From assembly GCA_951406725.2 (NCBI GenBank), contig OX597826.1, positions 33,604,001 to 33,668,000 of the forward strand: a DNA stretch of 64,000 bases, given 5' to 3'. Each line of letters starts with the position of its first letter. Positions within the stretch are counted from its first letter, which is position 1. Shown here in pieces: positions 24,687 through 38,358 of this stretch. The notes under the pieces were generated by a model. It was not told where the DNA came from. It saw nothing but the letters and a program-made list of their open reading frames with translations, and did no database searches. The position numbers were made by a program, and so were the translations under genes. Origin of the DNA: Octopus vulgaris (Eukaryota).

Positions 24687-26112
24687 ACACACACACACAA
24701 ACAAATAAACAGATAGATAGAGATACTTACCTACATGCATACAGATAAAAATGTTCTGTATGCATAAAAGCAAATAAAATTAACTGTAACATATATGCAT
24801 GTATGTATCTATATATATATTGTACGTATGCACAAATGAAAGTATATATTTGTGTGCATACTTATCTGTAAATATACCAAGGGATACAGGTTGTGACAAA
24901 AATGTAATCAAAATCACATTCTTAAAACGCACAATCACACACACACACACACACAAAAAAAGTGAACATTTCTCTGTAGTTTAGAAGTGAGTGCGGAAAT
25001 AACATCATTTACCTCTTGTTAATGGAAGGAAGTGAAAGTTAGCTTTCCCAAAAGTTACTTCAGTACAACTACCAACATCTTTAGAAAATGTCATTAGAGA
25101 CAATTTCAAGTTCATTTTCACACCCTTAAACTATGTTCTTAACCATTTTCTAAACACTTTTTTTTTGTTGTTAATTTTCTTTTTCTTTTTTTGTTTTTGT
25201 TTTCATGTTCTTATTCCTAATGTTGGTTCTGAGACGATAAGTAAATTCTGAATTCAGCGCCATCAACATAATTGTCTGTATGCCTTCAATTCAATTTGGA
25301 ACATTAGAAACTAGAAGAATTTCAACATGAAACCACGACACCTCGAGCATCACTTAAAGAATTAGAATGACGACATAGAAGCTTACTCAAAGAGATGAGA
25401 GAGCGTCTCCTGGAATTCATAAAATGTTCATATATATCATCATGTTTAATTACTACCATTGGAATGTCTCTCAACAAAGAATTATTCACTAATTTCTTCC
25501 CCAACCGAGTCCCAGAATTTCATAGATGCCAACATTTCAATGTTTTGCTCAGCTTAACCTATTTGGATATTTATTAAGTTTGATACAGGCTTGTATTTGC
25601 AAGAGATACACAACTGGCATGAAGCACAAATAGATGAGGTGGGAAATAATTCTGAGAGCTTCATATAATAAACGATTCTGGTTGTGAATGCAGATCGCAA
25701 TTTAATGATTGGTCAGCGATCGGGGAATATGTTGTGATAAAAAGAGACATTTAAGAAAATTTAGTTTGGACTTCTATGCCTTGACTCGTGGACTCATTGG
25801 TTGCAGATATCTATCATGGGTCTATACATTACAGAGTAATTATGATCACAGGAAATATTCAAATGCGTTTTGAATTATGGAATAGCTTAGCATTCTCATT
25901 TATTAGATGTATATTATGGAAAATAAAGGATTCTTTATTGAAATTAAGCATTCAGTTCTATCGGAACAGTGATTATTTATCAAACGTGTACGTGCACAGA
26001 TGCTCTCATATAAACATGCATACATATGATCATACATACATGTGTGTGTATTGGTATATACATGTACACATGCACAATATATGAGCATGTGTGCATCTGT
26101 ATATGTAGACAT

Positions 26113-26164
<52 letters not shown>

Positions 26165-26267
26165 AATACTTATGAGCTTGTGTGTGTGCATATACATGAC
26201 ATATATGTATATATATATATGCATACATATACATATACAACATATATATATATACACACACACACAC

Positions 26268-26298
<31 letters not shown>

Positions 26299-26330
26299 CA
26301 CACACACAAACATACACATATATATGTATT

Positions 26331-26370
<40 letters not shown>

Positions 26371-27181
26371 TATACATATACATATATATAAGTGCATGTA
26401 TATATAAATATATATGTATATATACATATAAATATAGACATAGATACGCATAGAGAGAGAGAGAGAGAGAGAGATAAACATACATGTATAGACTCTGTGT
26501 GTATGTGTGTGTGTTTGTGCATGCACTGTTATTTTGTAATATTGTAAATAGTGGTTATATCAGATCACTAAAGTTAAGCATCCATTTACCAAAACTTGAT
26601 TGATGCCAAAATGGATGACTTTCACAGACACCCAACTTATTATCAGCTAGGATCTGTAACAACCAACACCCGATCGGAGCAAAGCCGGTAGCTAAGCTTT
26701 GATAGTTTAGACACCAAATTGCACTGGGGACATTTTGATATGAAGAATAAGATGGATGTCCACTTCAGTCTGAATAGGAAATAGCCGTAGCAATTAATCT
26801 ATTCTAGGCCAGGGGATCAAAACATTTGTTTCTTTATGTTATGCAGCTCTGGGTGATATTATTTGTATTCAAAATTCCTATTTAGCTTTAATGTTTAAGG
26901 TTGTGTACTGAAGAGAACCATAAATTATGTAGTTGTTACGTACTGGATAAAGATCTGCTTATTAGCGACCATAAATACACAAGGCCATTAAGACAATGGT
27001 GAAATATTTATGCTGTGTATCTGTATGTATATATGTATATATGTATGTACGTATATATTTATGTGTGTGTATGTATGTATATATATATATATATATGTAC
27101 TTACACACCCACACATACACATCTATACACCCACCCACATACAGATACAAATATTCATCTATATGTGTGGATTTATGTGTA

Positions 27182-27224
<43 letters not shown>

Positions 27225-27235
27225 GTATGTATACA

Positions 27236-27276
<41 letters not shown>

Positions 27277-27845
27277 TATATATGTATTGAAATTTATAGG
27301 ATGTCAAAAATGATTCATTTTTCTCAGTTACAAAAGCCTGAGGAAGATCTTGTTACCTTTTGATCAGATGGCTAAAATGAAAATACTCATGTTTCAAATA
27401 TTGTTCACAGATCCAAAATATCAAAGAAAAAAAAAAAAAACAAAAAAACTAAAGCAAAAAAGAGGGAAAAAAAGGGGAAAAACAGTATTTCCACTCAGAA
27501 TTGACATCAGATTAATCCTTCTTGTCTATACTTCACTGTCTATAATAGCATCCTTTAATATCATATATTATGTTATGGCATGATGCAGCAGCTGATATCT
27601 CATAAGAGTTGATGTCACTGAACTTTCCATTGCTACAAATTAAGTTTCTGCATAAAAATCATGAAACAGGAAGTAAAAATATAGTGAAAAGCTTCACCCT
27701 CCTCTCATGGAAAGTGATGTGACTGTACTTTTCCTAACCACAGATTGAGTTTTTTTGTACAAAAATTATAAAACAGGAAATAGAAATTAGTGAAAAATAA
27801 CCCCTTTTATTAAGTGGAATTTCTTTTATATCCGTTAGGCTTTAT

Positions 27846-27930
27846 TATTATTCAGGTCCCTGCCTGCAATTGAACTTGGAATCTTAGGGTTAGTAGCCCG
27901 CGCTCTCCTCCACTATGCCATATGTCCGTG
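27846..27930 (-). mobile_element. tRNA-derived head of family D SINE
   Basis: Homologous to 38482-38558. Confidence 0.7.
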
Positions 27931-27931
27931 G

Positions 27932-28310
27932 TTTTACTTATTTCAGTCAGTAGACTGTGCCCATGCTAGAGCATGGCCTTGAAAAATTTTTTGTTGAATG
28001 AATCAGCAACCCCACTGTACATATTTTATTTTATGTTTTTAAAGCCTGGTATTTATTCTATTGTCTCTTTTGCTGAACTGCTAAGTTACAGGGATGTAAA
28101 CACACCAACACCGGTTGTCAAGACACAAACAAAGACACATACACATACATGACAGGCTTCTTTCAGTTTTGGTCTTCAAAATCCACTCACAAGGTTTTGG
28201 TCAATCTGACTCTTATAGTAGGAGATACCTTCCCAAGATGCCACAGTGGAAGGGACTGAACCTGAAACCATGTGGTTGGGAAGCAAACTTCTTACCACAC
28301 AGCCACACCA
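27932..28310 (-). mobile_element. SINE family B, diverged
   Basis: Head and tail motifs on the minus strand. Confidence 0.75.
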
Positions 28311-28919
28311 GCATCTATTATAAGAGGAATCTCTCAAAAGATAAATTATAAAGCATCTGTTTTTCCATGCTAGTATGGGTTGGAGGAGGTTACATTTTAG
28401 GCAGAATTTTATAGCCAGATTTTCTTCACTTTAGAAACTATTACCTGTTTTTAAAAGTAAAAGAACTTTTTTATTTGGTAGGTCTTCAAAAACACAGAGG
28501 AACCAATCCCAAATTGGAAACCTGGATCAAAAGCTTTCAACAGAAGCTATTCAAGACACCCAAAGTACCAATATGGTAATATAAAACAAAAGATTAGCAA
28601 AGCCACTCAAATAGGCCTTGGTAGGATTGGAACCCAGAATGCAAAAAGCTGGAATGAATGCTACAAATGCATCATCCCTCCTCAATATTCTTACATTTCT
28701 GCTAATTCACCACCTTGGATTTGTACTTTTTTGACAACACCAAAAGAAAGAAAAAACAAAAACAATCTAAGTTGGTCATTGCAGGACTTGAACTCAGAAT
28801 GCACAGATTTGGAAGAAATCCTGAAGAGAATTTTTACCTGACACTTTAACGATTCTGCCACATCACCAATTGCTTTATATTGATTTAAATTTTGGCACAA
28901 CGCCGGCAGTTTCGTGGGA

Positions 28920-29090
28920 GTCAGTTACACTGACCCCAGTGCCCAAATAGTATTTCTTTTATTGACCCTGAAAGAATGGAAGGCAAAGATGACCTTGGTG
29001 GAATTTGAACTCAGTGTGTACAGATGAATGAAATGTCACTAAGCACTTTGCCTGGTGTGTTAACGATCCTACCAGCTCGCTACCCTACCA
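28920..29090 (-). mobile_element. SINE family A
   Basis: GGAATTTGAACTCAG and core on the minus strand. Confidence 0.7.
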
Positions 29091-30514
29091 ACTGTATAAT
29101 ATTGGTTAATAGACTGTATACTTGTGTGTTTAACGAATTGCTCAAGTACACACCTGTGTGTTTGTATGTGTGTGTAGGTTTGCCTCTGTGCATGTGTGTG
29201 TTTGTGTGCATGTGCACATATATGTGTAATAGTCAATGAAATTATTTGGTTGTGATTTCTAAGACACTAAATAAGCAAAACAGAAGAAAGTAAGGAAAGT
29301 TTTATCGAATTAGAAAATCTGATTTGAAGATTCTGTCCAAAAGCTTGGCATCAGACCATGTCAGATCAAACTCTGAAAGCTGTGCACCTGACCAATTCTT
29401 TCATTCAGTTAAAGAGAGATGCAGGAGACTGGCAGAAAGTTGTGTGTGCCTATCAGGAGGAATAAATATTTGGTAGAGAATTTTTTGGTTTTCTGCATTT
29501 TGTATTTTTCTTTTGTCATTCTTTTATTTTATTTATTTATTTTTGTTTTTGCATGAAAGGTGTTGTTATAGAAGCAATAGTGTTCTGGTAGTTGAACACA
29601 GAAGCGTTCTAGGAATTGGTGGAGCAGCCGCAAGTGTGGCATGATAATCAATCAATCTATATAAGATATCATTAACTAAGATAGTGAATATTGACTCAGC
29701 TTTCGAGTTCGCTGCTGGAATGTTGAGAAGAACCTTGTTGCTGCTACACAGTTTCTTGATCACAATGCCTGGCACAGAATTCTTTCTATTTACCAAAATA
29801 AATAAACTCTTTCTGGCTATTACTGAAGATGGCTTAGATTAAATTTGCTTTTTACTTTTTATTTCTTTAAAGAGAAAGAAGTGAGGAAAAAAAGATGTGA
29901 TATATCACTTCATTTAAGAGCAGGGAATGGTTTACTTTTTCTAAATTTTTTTTTTATCATTTCTATTTATTAATTCCTTTATCTATTTTAATCTTGTTTT
30001 CATTCGATCTCTTATAATTTGCCTTCTGCCAGATTCTTTAACAAACTATCAACATCAACTAAAGGGAGAAATTTACACAGGGATATTTTTCTCCTCTTAT
30101 AAAAACTTTCATTTTATTCTATTTTATTTTTATCATTGTTATTCTTCTTTTTATTTTTTCAGGACACCACAATGGCAAAGAAGCTACTCCATGAACAAAC
30201 ACCTTTCTTTTTTTTTTAAGTGATAACTTATTGATCCTATTTATTTTAAGGAATAGTGATTGCTGTGATTTTTAGTCGTAAAGCAAATGAACGCTATTTT
30301 TTTTAAGTTAGAAGAAGTGTGTTGAAATAAATTTGGTTTCAAATTGGAGTTTAAGCAACAAAGCAGAAATTATCCAAATTATTAGAATTATATTTACCAA
30401 TCCACATAATGGTGCCACCATTCCTTGTTTCATCTCATCCATAATAATCTCTTGCCCAATAAAAATAAATATTTTCAATTGCAACACATGCACACACGCA
30501 CACACACACATATA

Positions 30515-31075
30515 TCATCATCATCATCATCATCATCATCATTTTCATCATTCAATGCTTATTGTCTTGGATGGTGTAACCAGAACTGGGAAGCTAGAAA
30601 GCTGCACCAGACTCCAGTTTGCTTTTGCATGTTTTCTACAGCTGGATACCCTTCTTAACACCAACCACTCTACATATGTGTATGTATGTATTTGTATCTG
30701 TGTGTGTGTTTGTATATATATATATGGAAAACGGATGCTAAACGATGATGATGATGATATATATATATATGTATATATATACATACATACTTACATGCAT
30801 ACATACATACATACATACATACATACAGATATACATACATCATCATTATCATCATCATCGTTTAACGTCCGCTTTCCCTGCTGGCATGGGTTGGACGGTT
30901 TGACTGAGAACTGTTGAGCCAGAAGGCTGCACCAAGCTCCAATCTGATTGGGAAAAGTTTCTACAGCTGGATGCCCTTCTTAATGCAAACCACTCTGAAA
31001 GTGTAGTGGGTACTTTTACATTCCACTGGCATGAATGCCAATCATGTAGTACTGTCAATGGACACGTCAGCGATT
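30515..31075 (-). mobile_element. Cluster of RTE 3' UTR fragments
   Basis: Copies at ~30515-30670 and ~30838-31075 with (CAT)n tails. Confidence 0.75.
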
Positions 31076-31185
31076 TTGATTATATATATATATATATATA
31101 TATATAATAATAAATATTAGGGAATAAATCCAAATTTACAGGGAAAATCAGATTTAGGATTGAATCCAATTTTATAGTAAAATAT

Positions 31186-31398
31186 TATATAATATTAATT
31201 AGAGACAAAACCACTATTTTGCAAATCAAACAAAGAAAGACTTAATCCAATATATAAAAATTTTAATATAAATTAAATAAAATTATATTATAAATATAAT
31301 TTTATTTAATTTATATTAAAATTTTTTTATGTATTGGATTAAGTCTTTCTTTGTTTGATTTGCAAAATAGTGGTTTTGTCTCTAATTAATATTATATA
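31186..31398. repeat. Near-perfect palindrome, arms ~105 bp, 3-nt spacer at 31290-31292
   Basis: TAATTAGAGACAAAACCACTATTTTGCAAATC... mirrored by ...GATTTGCAAAATAGTGGTTTTGTCTCTAATTA. Confidence 0.9.
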
Positions 31399-31410
31399 TA
31401 TATATATATA

Positions 31411-31685
31411 TTGTAAGCTCTGATATGGCTATTTTTCGCAACAGAACATGTGCAGTCTGTGAAAAGGTCTGCTTCTAGTTGGAGGATTGGAAACGCATGT
31501 CAAAAGAGTTCATACTGTGACACCTGTCCCCTCTGCCAGCCAGCACAGCTGTGCATTGTGCAATAGAACGTGCAAATCTTTGGCCAGGCTCAAGAGTCAT
31601 ACAAGGGCCTCACATTGCATCAACATTGACTTATTTCAGTGATTCTTTCTAGCAATGGCTTTGCTCCTGTACAAGAAAGCAGCTG

Positions 31686-31688
<3 letters not shown>
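31411..31688 (+). mobile_element. LINE (probably RTE-group) 3' end with two decayed C2H2 zinc fingers
   Basis: CAVCEKVC/..GGLETHVKRVH (frameshift) and CALCNRTCKSLARLKSHTRASH; bounded by (TA)n. Confidence 0.7.
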
Positions 31689-31722
<34 letters not shown>

Positions 31723-31741
31723 GAGAGAGAGAGAGAGAAAG

Positions 31742-32050
31742 AGGAGCACTCCATCGGTTATGACGACGAGGGTCCCAGCTGATACGATCAACAGAACAGC
31801 CTGCTCATGAAATTAGCGTGCAAGTGGCTGAGCACTCCACAGACACATTTACCCCTAACGTAGTTCTCAGGGAGATTCAGTGTGACACAGAGTGTGACAA
31901 GGTTGTCCCTTTGAAATACAAGTACAACTCATTTTTGCCAGCAGAGTGGACTGGAGCAACATAAAATAAAGTGTCTTGCTCAAGGACACAACACATCACT
32001 GGGAATCGAACTCATGACCTTACAATCATGAGCCAAATGCCCTAACCACA
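31742..32050 (-). mobile_element. CORE-SINE family G
   Basis: Minus strand GTGGTTAGGGC..GAGTTCGATTCCC..GTGTCCTTGAGCAAGACACTT. Confidence 0.8.
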
Positions 32051-32053
32051 AAA

Positions 32054-32112
<59 letters not shown>

Positions 32113-32272
32113 AATATATATGTCCAAATCATTTATTATATATATAATAAATAATTTGGACAAAATAAGTCTAAGTTGATTAGTGTGTTTAATTGTTGAG
32201 CAGAGCACTTGATGATCATATAACAACAAGCCAGCCAACACTAAAAATCTCTAGTGAGACTTCTTTCTCAAT

Positions 32273-32311
32273 GTACCTGAAGAGACTGATGGGTCGAAAC
32301 ATATGTTGTAC
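32273..32311 (+). ncRNA. Minimal type-I hammerhead ribozyme with canonical core
   Basis: GTAC-CTGAAGA-GACT-GATG-GGTC-GAAAC-ATAT-GTT-GTAC; palindromic stem III ACATATGT; GUU site; AATAAA at 32314. Confidence 0.8.
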
Positions 32312-32596
32312 TTAATAAAGGTCTGATGCAAAATCCATCTCTTATTAATTAATACCATATATATATATATATAGAGAGAGAGATAGATAGATATTTAAGA
32401 AAGAAAAATATGTAAAAAATGCTCCAGAGATTTGTATAATAAAATTTATGCTAATATTAAGATCATAATGGAACAAAGAGATGTATTACAACATTATATA
32501 ATAAACTGGGGGTACCGGTTTCGTGTCTTATGCTTATCAAACTTCCTAGGTAAGTCATGGGAGAGGGCACCATTTTTGGTGTTGACATATATTATA

Positions 32597-32803
32597 TGCC
32601 TCGTCTGGCACCTGTGTCGGTGGCACATAAAATCACCCACTACACTCTCGGAGTGGTTGGCGTTAGGAAGGGCATCCAGCTGTAGAAACACTGCCAGATC
32701 TGACTGGCCTGGTGCAGCCTTCGGGCTCCCCAGACTCCAGTTGAACCGTCCAACCCATGCTAGCATGGAAAGCGGACGTTAAATGAAGATGATGATGATG
32801 ATG
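32597..32803 (+). mobile_element. RTE LINE 3' UTR with (GAT)n tail
   Basis: Shared family motifs. Confidence 0.85.
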
Positions 32804-35113
32804 ATATATATACCAAATGAAGAGGATTGACCAGTAAAAGTGGACAGCCTGTATGCTAGATATAGACGTTAAAATCACCATTTTCCACGGAGAATGTCCT
32901 CTCAAGAAAAATTTCAGCAAAAAACCAAAGCGTAAAAATAGGTAAGACAAATGAAAATATATGAAATAAAAAACGGTTACCTATGTACTAATTAGTTTCA
33001 CTTGTTAATAATTTACATATATGAATACATAAACATCTGCAAGATCATCAGCTTAGTCTGTCATTTACGAAACACAATTTCTAGAACTAGATACAGGGCG
33101 TTCGACCAAAATCCAGCATTATATAAAGTTCCACAAATTATATTTACGTGTATCTTTCAAATGCCTTCACTTCTATATATATACAGAAAGATAGATAGAT
33201 ATACATACATACATATACACACATACACACACACACACACATACACATACACACACTTAAAATTAGATATATATATAAGCACGCATAAAATTCAAGAGGA
33301 TTTGTAGATTAGTAAAACATTTGTTTAGCATAACAAACGAAAGAATCTGATCTTTCAGAGACTATTTTTTCATAATCTATTACCATTGTCACGTTAAGAA
33401 CCTCCACAAATTGTCTTAGATTCTGCCAATGTACTTCGTTTTTACTTTCTTTGTTCAGCTTGGCATTTATGAGCTTCGTATGATATAGGATCGCGTATAT
33501 AAATGTGTTTGTGTATACATGTGTGTATGGTTTGTATGTGTAATGTGTACTTACACACCCATATATATATATGTATTTACATACCCGTATACATGTTCTC
33601 ATGGATACACACATCTATCTATATACCTGTCCGTCTGTTTTTCTGTCTCTCTGTCAGTCTCTCTCACCTTCTCTTGTCATATAAATATATATGTGTGTGT
33701 GTGCGTGTGTGTGTGTGTGTGTGTGTATGTGTGTGTGTGTGAATAACTAGCTTTTATTTTTTTACTTTTTCAGACATTGATATATCTATCACGAGGTGTA
33801 ATTAATTAAAAGTACTTTATTTCTCTTCAGATTTCTTTTTTTGTATTTCAGCTCATAATGCACAAGTGAACCGTCATAATTTCTCTTCCAAATATGACAC
33901 CATTTTGATTTCTTGTCTGCAAAGAAGACATCTGAATGGAAATTGTAGCATACATAAGTGGAAACACTTCTGCTTACAATATTATTATCGTTCTTTCTTC
34001 TTCTTCTTCTTCTTCTTCTTCTTCTTCTTCTTCTTCTTCTTCTTCTTCTTCTTCTTCTTCTTCATCTCCTTCTTCTTCTTCATCTCCTTCTTCTTCATCT
34101 CCTTCTTCTCCTCCTTCTTCTTCTTCTTCTTCTTCATCGTCTCCTTCTCCTTCTCCTTCTCCTCCTCCTCCTCCTCCTCCTTCTTCTTCTTCCTCCTCCT
34201 CCACCTTCTCCTCCTCCCCACCACCTCCACCACCACCACCACTCCACCACTACCACCACAACAACAACAACAACAACCATCATCATTATCATCATCATCA
34301 TCACCATCATCATCCTTTTGTTTTACTCCCATTATGTAACAATGTCATTTTTACTTCTTTCCAGATATGATTTATTTAACTATTACCAAACAACGTTTCC
34401 TTCAGACTACTTGAGAAATAGGATTATAATTACTTCAAGAATGCTTACCCTCAACACTTGGAATGAAGAAAAAAAACAAGTTTGTTTTACAAAGTTTTAA
34501 AATTTTCTTTGCACACATTATTGTTTGACATTCAAAATGGCTACTGTACAGACATGACACAAATAAACGCTACAAAGGCTGCAGAACATACAACTACACG
34601 TACAAAAATGCTGTAAATGAAAGTTTTTTAGTGAATAATTAATTGATAAAAACATCTATAAAGTTCTTTGGAAACTGATGGCTACAGCAACAACAACAAA
34701 AGTTGTGACAACTCTTGTTCAGAATCTTCCTGTAACATGAAGTAAACAAACAGAATTTTGAGATCTGTTATAGTTATATTAAAACAAAACAAAAACAACT
34801 GTGGTGGGAATTTTATAAAATTAAAAAAAATTTCTTTGTCAAAGGAATCAAGAGGTAAAAATTACATCCTTCTAGTTCTGGCAGGATGGTAGTGTTCAAA
34901 CTTTGCCCTCATGTTGAGTGGTACAACTGGGAACTCGGCTGATCTTTAGAGAAATTCACTTAACTGTATAAACGTGGCCCTTATAGCTGTACCTTCAAAA
35001 CTGTGGACACAGCCAAAATGCAAACTGAAATAGTAAGGCTCACCCATAACTATTTCATATACATATAACTATATAGGGGTTATAGGGAATTTCACTTTAA
35101 GCCTATTTGCTTT

Positions 35114-35320
35114 AAAAAATTTTGGCAGAGAAAAGAGAGCTGTTTTCTTAAATTTTGGCAGAGAAAAAGAGAGTTGTTTTCTTAAAATTTGGCTGAGAAA
35201 AGAGAGCTGTTTTCTTAAAATTTGGCAGAGAGAAGAGAGCTGTTTTCTTAAAATCTGGCAGAGAAAAGAGAGCTGTTCCCTTAAAATTTGGCAGGGAAAA
35301 GAGAGCTGTTTTCTTAAAAT
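35114..35320. repeat. Minisatellite, ~33-34 bp unit, about 6 copies
   Basis: Unit AAAATTTGGCAGAGAAAAGAGAGCTGTTTTCTT. Confidence 0.9.
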
Positions 35321-35707
35321 GGTAACTTCATCAACTAACCTACCAATTAGAGAAAGGTAATTTCTTTAAGATGCGTTATCATGTTTACAGTCTGCCTATG
35401 TGACTCCTTTACAATAAAATTTCAAATGGCAAATTTTCCCATGGCAAAAGCGTTTACAACAAATTTTTCTGGACATGTTACATATGGATCAAAGAAACTT
35501 AATCCTAAATAATGTAGATCTGTGACTAGCTATAATTTTTATAATTCAGTATTGGGGAATGGACAAAGTTAGACTAAAAGAGGGGTGATGTGTGGTCAGG
35601 AAGCATCAAAATGAACTTGCAAGTCCTTATGACGACTAAAAGCTACAATGTCATATATACATATATGTATATGTATATATGTATATTTATGTATATATAT
35701 ATAGATG

Positions 35708-35738
<31 letters not shown>

Positions 35739-35769
35739 ATACACATACATGTATGTATATGTCATGTAA

Positions 35770-36185
35770 AAAAACATCCAGTCCACACTGTAAAGTGGTT
35801 GGCACTTAGAAGGGCATCCAACTCTAAAAACCATGCCAAAACTGACCCCACCACTGCTGGTGCCACATAAAAAGCACTCTGTGGTTAGTGTTAGGAAGGG
35901 CATCCAGCCATAAAAAAACCATACCAAAACAAACACAGAAGTCTGGTACAGTCTCCTGCCTGGCCAACTCCAGTCAAACTGTCCAACCCATGCCAACATG
36001 GAAAGCGGACATTAACCAATGATGATGATGATGCACACACACACACACATATACACGATGGACTTCTTTCAGTTTTTGTCTACCAAATTCACTCGCAAGG
36101 CTTTGGTTAGCTCGAAGTACCTAAGACACCACTCATTGGGACTGAACCCAGAAACACGTGGTTGGAAAGCAAGCTTCTTACCACA
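35770..36185. mobile_element. RTE 3' UTR (+) abutting a SINE family B fragment (-)
   Basis: Duplicated AGGAAGGGCATCCA segment and (GAT)n, then the B head on the minus strand. Confidence 0.7.
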
Positions 36186-36905
36186 TGCTCTGCTTTTGAC
36201 CATTTTCTCATGAACTCTGGACAAATAACAAATTTTTATCGTCCATGCAAGGACTTCAACTGAAATATTAGGGATGCTCCAGCCAACGGCCTGTCAACTT
36301 AAGAAACATCATACTTCAAACCTCTCTTTCTCTCTCTCTTACTCTCCTTTATATGTGTGTGTGTGTGTGTCTGTATTTCACTGTGTGCATATGAGTGTAT
36401 GCAGGTGGTGGGAGTGTGTGTGACTTCTAAAGAATGATCAATTTTTTCTGTTGCTACAAATAAAATTCTCTTTTATATCAAAAGGACAAAACTTTTATTC
36501 ATATTTCTATGTTCGTAGTTTCCATATGTGTGTGTGTGTGTGTGTATATGACCCCCCACACATAATGCCTGTGTCATCATCATGTCTATATATGTATATA
36601 TATATATACACATATGTGTGTGTTTATATTTATACTATATATGCACATATACACACATACATAGACATTTATAGAAACATGTGTGTTTGTACGTGTGTGT
36701 GTGTGTAAGTATACATATACATTTAATTACTTTAGCTTTATTAAACAAGATCAGTCATGGATTTCCCTCCCTTTGAGTTCTTTGAAATAATCGGCAATTG
36801 TTCAAAATTTGATTCTGTTATTTCTGATCTCCCATGACTTGTAAACAAGAGAGTAAGCAAACATAGACATCGAGATAAATAAAAAAACCCACAAAATGAA
36901 AATAA

Positions 36906-36987
<82 letters not shown>

Positions 36988-37270
36988 GTAATAATGAACA
37001 TACAAACAAAATATTTTGTCTTTGTAAATGTAAAAACCGAAACTGGAAATGAAAATGAATGACAGAACATGAAGTTGTCTATAGCATTTATGAACCAGGT
37101 TATTTCTACAAACTCCAGTTCTTCTGCAGTTCCACTACCACCAGCCTTTTTCCAAAATTCTGGCACATGGACAGAGAGAGCGAGTGAGAGAGAGAGAGTG
37201 AGTGAGAGAGAGAGAGCGAGTAAGAGGGAGTGAGTAAGAGGGAGCAAAAGAGCGAGCAAGAGAGAGATAG

Positions 37271-37341
<71 letters not shown>

Positions 37342-37903
37342 ATATATTATGTGTTTGAAGATTTTTACCAATTACTGTCAGTGTACATTGGTGTTGCATC
37401 TTCAATTCATTTGGACATCAGACACAGATCTTTTCATTATATTTGTTCTGCTAACGTCTACTGTAGCTATTCTATCTTTGATGTTTATTTATCTGTTTGT
37501 TCGTTCTTTTTTGTTTTTTTTTGCAGTACTTATTTATGTATTTATTCCTTTTCTTCCTAAACAGTCAGCTGATATAAACAACTCCATATGTCGAAGACTT
37601 TATGTTTCTTTGTTTTGTGTTTATTCTTCACAATTTTTTTTTTGTGTGTGTTTATTCATTAAAAAAAAAATTTCCATATTTTTTATTTTATTTTGCTGGC
37701 AAGAATTAACAAAGATTTTTTTTTATTTTTATCTATTTATTTCCAAATGGGAAGATATATATAATAAAGGTTAAATTTTTCAAGAGAATGCCCTTCCTAC
37801 AACAGAAAACCAAACAGCAAATGAAGAATAGAACATATTTGGAAGCTGGGAGACAAACTGAGGCAGGTGTATTAGATTATTATGCAAATATAAATTAGAT
37901 GTA

Positions 37904-38340
37904 AGGTGGGAGAACCGTTAGCATGCTGGGCAAAATGCTTAGTTATTTCTTTACTACCCACAAGGGGCTAAACATAGAGGGGACAAACAAGGACAGACTA
38001 ACGGATTAAGTCGATTACATCGACCCCAGTACATAACTGGTACTTGTTTAATCGACCCTGAAAGGATGAAAGGCGAAGTCGACCTTGGCGGAATTTGAAC
38101 TCAGAATGTAACGGCAGACGAAATACAGCTACACATTTCGCCCGGCATGCTAACGGTTCTGCCAGCTCACCACCTTTAAAATGCTTAGTGGCATTTTCTC
38201 CATATTTGCATTCTGAATTCAAATTCCATCCTTTCAGGGTTGGTATCATAGGTACCAGTTGGTTACTGTGGTGGATGTAGTCAACTTACCCCCTACTCTG
38301 AATTTGCTGCTTTTGTGCCAAAACTTGGAACCAATAGAAA
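37904..38340. mobile_element. SINE family A (-) nested in SINE family A (+)
   Basis: Duplication AAAATGCTTAGT at ~37932-37943 and ~38178-38189. Confidence 0.85.
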
Positions 38341-38358
38341 TTACATTATTTATCTTTG

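Noticed and set aside
29566-29796. 76-aa minus-strand ORF in unique sequence
   Set aside because: TTG start, no recognisable motif or splice sites; the length is within chance.
35114-35320. CRISPR-like array of ~33-bp repeats
   Set aside because: Units are directly tandem with no unique spacers, there are no cas genes, and the context is eukaryotic.
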